From assembly GCA_965223415.1 (NCBI GenBank), contig OZ245002.1:4064001-4128000 (forward strand): a stretch of DNA of 64,000 bases, given 5' to 3'. A program made the translations under genes and the position numbers. This DNA comes from Myxococcota bacterium. GTDB taxonomy: Bacteria > Myxococcota_A > UBA9160 > UBA6930. Under the pieces are notes generated by a model, which did not search any database, was not told the DNA's origin, and saw nothing but the letters and a program-made list of their open reading frames with translations. Below, in pieces: positions 62,403 through 64,000 of the stretch; the first letter of the stretch is position 1, and each line of letters starts with the position of its first letter.

Positions 62403-63113
62403 ATGCAGAGAATTGGAGAGGTCCTCCTCGCCGCTGGACTGATCAGCGAGACCCAGCTCACGGCCGCGCTCGGCGAGCAGGCCCGCTGGGGCAACCGACT
62501 CGGCGAGACGCTCGTCCAGCTCGGCTTCCTCGCCGAGCGCGACCTGATCCGGGTGCTCTCGGAGCGCTTCGGCCACCAGGGAATCGATCTCGCGGGCCGC
62601 CAGATTCATCCCGACGTCGTCGCCACCCTGCCGGCGGAGATCGCCTCGAAGTACGGGTGCCTGCCGGTGGCCCGGGAGCGGCGCGCGACGAGCGACGATC
62701 TCTACCTGGCCATGGAAGACCCGTCGAATCTCGTCGCCGTCGACGACGTGAGCTTTCGGACCGGCTGCACCGTCCACCCGCTGCTCGCAGGGCCCGTCCA
62801 GCTGCGCATGGCCATCGCCGCGTGCTACGAGAGCGGGCCGCTCGAGGGGCCGGCCCGGCTCGAGTTCGCGAGCGAGCCTGCGGCGGAGCCCGACCGCGCC
62901 TTCGGGGCCGAAGCCCTGTCCCAGGAGCGCTGGCTCGATGACATCGTCGAGCAGCTCGACGGGCCCGGTCGGGCGTCGGACGGGGCTCGCGAGGGCGACG
63001 CTGGCCGGGTTCCGACCCGGAAGATCCTGCAGGCCCTGACCCGGCTGCTGATCGCCAAGGGCGTCCTCACCCGCGAGGAGCTGATGGCCGAGGTGAAGCG
63101 GCTGGCGGACTAA
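62403..63113 (+). CDS. Standalone MshEN/GspE-N-terminal domain protein (candidate c-di-GMP receptor)
   Basis: Tandem RIGEVLLAAGLISETQL..AL and RLGETLVQLGFL motifs, plus LAMEDP. No ATPase domain. Confidence 0.85.
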   Translation: MQRIGEVLLAAGLISETQLTAALGEQARWGNRLGETLVQLGFLAERDLIRVLSERFGHQGIDLAGRQIHPDVVATLPAEIASKYGCLPVARERRATSDDLYLAMEDPSNLVAVDDVSFRTGCTVHPLLAGPVQLRMAIAACYESGPLEGPARLEFASEPAAEPDRAFGAEALSQERWLDDIVEQLDGPGRASDGAREGDAGRVPTRKILQALTRLLIAKGVLTREELMAEVKRLAD

Positions 63114-63187
63114 CGCTTCCTTGCGTACCCGGCCTTCGCTACAACCACGCTTCGCGCGCACTTCGCGCGACACCGGGAGATCCGTCC

Positions 63188-63496
63188 ATGCGCCTCGAGT
63201 ACAGCTTTTCCCTGTCTGACGTCAGCGTCCCGCGGCTGTCGGTGGAGGCGGTCGAGGGCATCGGCAAGCTCTTCACCCTCGCCACCCTGGTGCTGAACAT
63301 TCTCGACGTGCGGGACGAGGTGGAGCTGGTGTTCCACGGCCTCAACCCGGACGATCCCGCCCGGAAGATCGAGGCCTTCCAGAAGATCGTGGCGGGTGCC
63401 GCGAGCGGGCCGGCACTGGCCTACAGCGAAGGCAGCGGCGGCGCGGTGCCCGGCTCCTCCTCCTACTACCAGTGGGTGACCGTCACGAAGGGCTAG
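63188..63496 (+). CDS. Small hypothetical protein
   Basis: SD GGGAGA, GC3-rich codons, 102 aa. No family recognised. Confidence 0.6.
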   Translation: MRLEYSFSLSDVSVPRLSVEAVEGIGKLFTLATLVLNILDVRDEVELVFHGLNPDDPARKIEAFQKIVAGAASGPALAYSEGSGGAVPGSSSYYQWVTVTKG

Positions 63497-63568
63497 CCCC
63501 GACAATGGGTGACCGTCACGAAGGGCTAGCCCCGACAATGGGTGGTGAGCGTCACGGACGACTAGCCC
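63473..63568. repeat. 33-bp tandem repeat: two exact copies plus a degenerate third
   Basis: TGGGTGACCGTCACGAAGGGCTAGCCCCGACAA at 63473-63505 and 63506-63538; variant GGTGAGCGTCACGGACGACTAGCCC at 63544-63568. Confidence 0.92.
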
Positions 63569-64000
63569 TGGCGACGTCGCAGTCGCGGCCCTGCCAGCGA
63601 TGGCGGCGGGCCAGGCTGGCTCGCACGATCTCCCGGAGGGCGCGGGCGCGGCCGCCGGCGAAGGACTCGAAGGTCGCGTAGCGCAGGAAGGCCCGGCATC
63701 TCGCCTCCGCCGGCCAGGCGTCGGGGAGCGAGGCGTTCAGCTCGGCCAGCGCCCGGAGCCGGCGACGTTCCGGGAGCCGACGGCGGAAGCGCAGGCCCTC
63801 CAGGTCGATCAGCACCGGCGGCGCCCCCGGCGCGTCCGGGTGAGCGAAGAGATGGCTGGCCTTGAGGTCGCCGTGGTCGATCCCGCGCAGGTGGAGCCCG
63901 GTGAGCCACGGGCCGAGCTGGCCGAGCGCCGGGAGGCGGGCAGCCTCCGGCAGCGCCAGGAGATCGCACGCCGGCGAGAGGTCCTCGAGCACGAGCCACG
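63552..64000 (-). CDS. Lipopolysaccharide kinase (Kdo/WaaP/InaA family), C-terminal part; cut by the window edge
   Basis: LH..GIDHGDLKASHL, LIDLEG and LAELNAS. Confidence 0.8.
   Translation of the reverse strand, partial: WLVLEDLSPACDLLALPEAARLPALGQLGPWLTGLHLRGIDHGDLKASHLFAHPDAPGAPPVLIDLEGLRFRRRLPERRRLRALAELNASLPDAWPAEARCRAFLRYATFESFAGGRARALREIVRASLARRHRWQGRDCDVARASRP

Noticed and set aside
63473..63568. Possible mini-CRISPR array
   Set aside because: The units are directly adjacent with no unique spacers, and no cas genes are in the window.

Overview
A very GC-rich bacterial chromosomal segment. Gene content and order (ftsEX-envC-ctpA, xseAB-ispA-dxs-tlyA, a PEP-CTERM gene, an MshEN protein, Cys-type CcmE) suggest Myxococcota or a related deltaproteobacterial lineage; this is inference. 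Most genes are housekeeping or metabolic: ccmEF, a molybdopterin oxidoreductase, a CDF plus ZnuABC-like metal operon, gloB, a His-rich TonB-dependent receptor, gpmI, cysE, a deoxyhypusine synthase-like gene, gltX, a COG0523 GTPase, yihA, F420 genes cofD-cofC-cofE, iscA-iscS-cysC and two tandem peptide ABC systems. Mobile DNA comprises a complete but doubly frameshifted IS630 inserted in a TAG stop codon, and an adjacent HUH/Y1 (RAYT-like) transposase flanked by a ~85-bp degenerate inverted repeat with a hairpin core. The most interesting observations are: (1) a 98-aa HxH/CxxC/RAPP leader ORF plus an RBS-adjacent hairpin in front of a ZnuD-like receptor, a candidate metal-sensing ribosome-arrest switch; (2) the RAYT/REP-like unit; (3) a standalone trypsin-EEP nuclease fusion preceded by a perfect CRP-type box; (4) an OppF ATPase fused to a TM helix and a GspG-like pseudopilin head; (5) a CobW GTPase fused to an Oxidored_molyb-like domain; (6) a perfect palindrome with 38-bp arms; (7) a recurring TANNNT-N6/7-start pattern suggesting leaderless mRNAs. 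I saw no rRNA, tRNA or CRISPR array. All family calls come from motif recognition by eye, not database searches.
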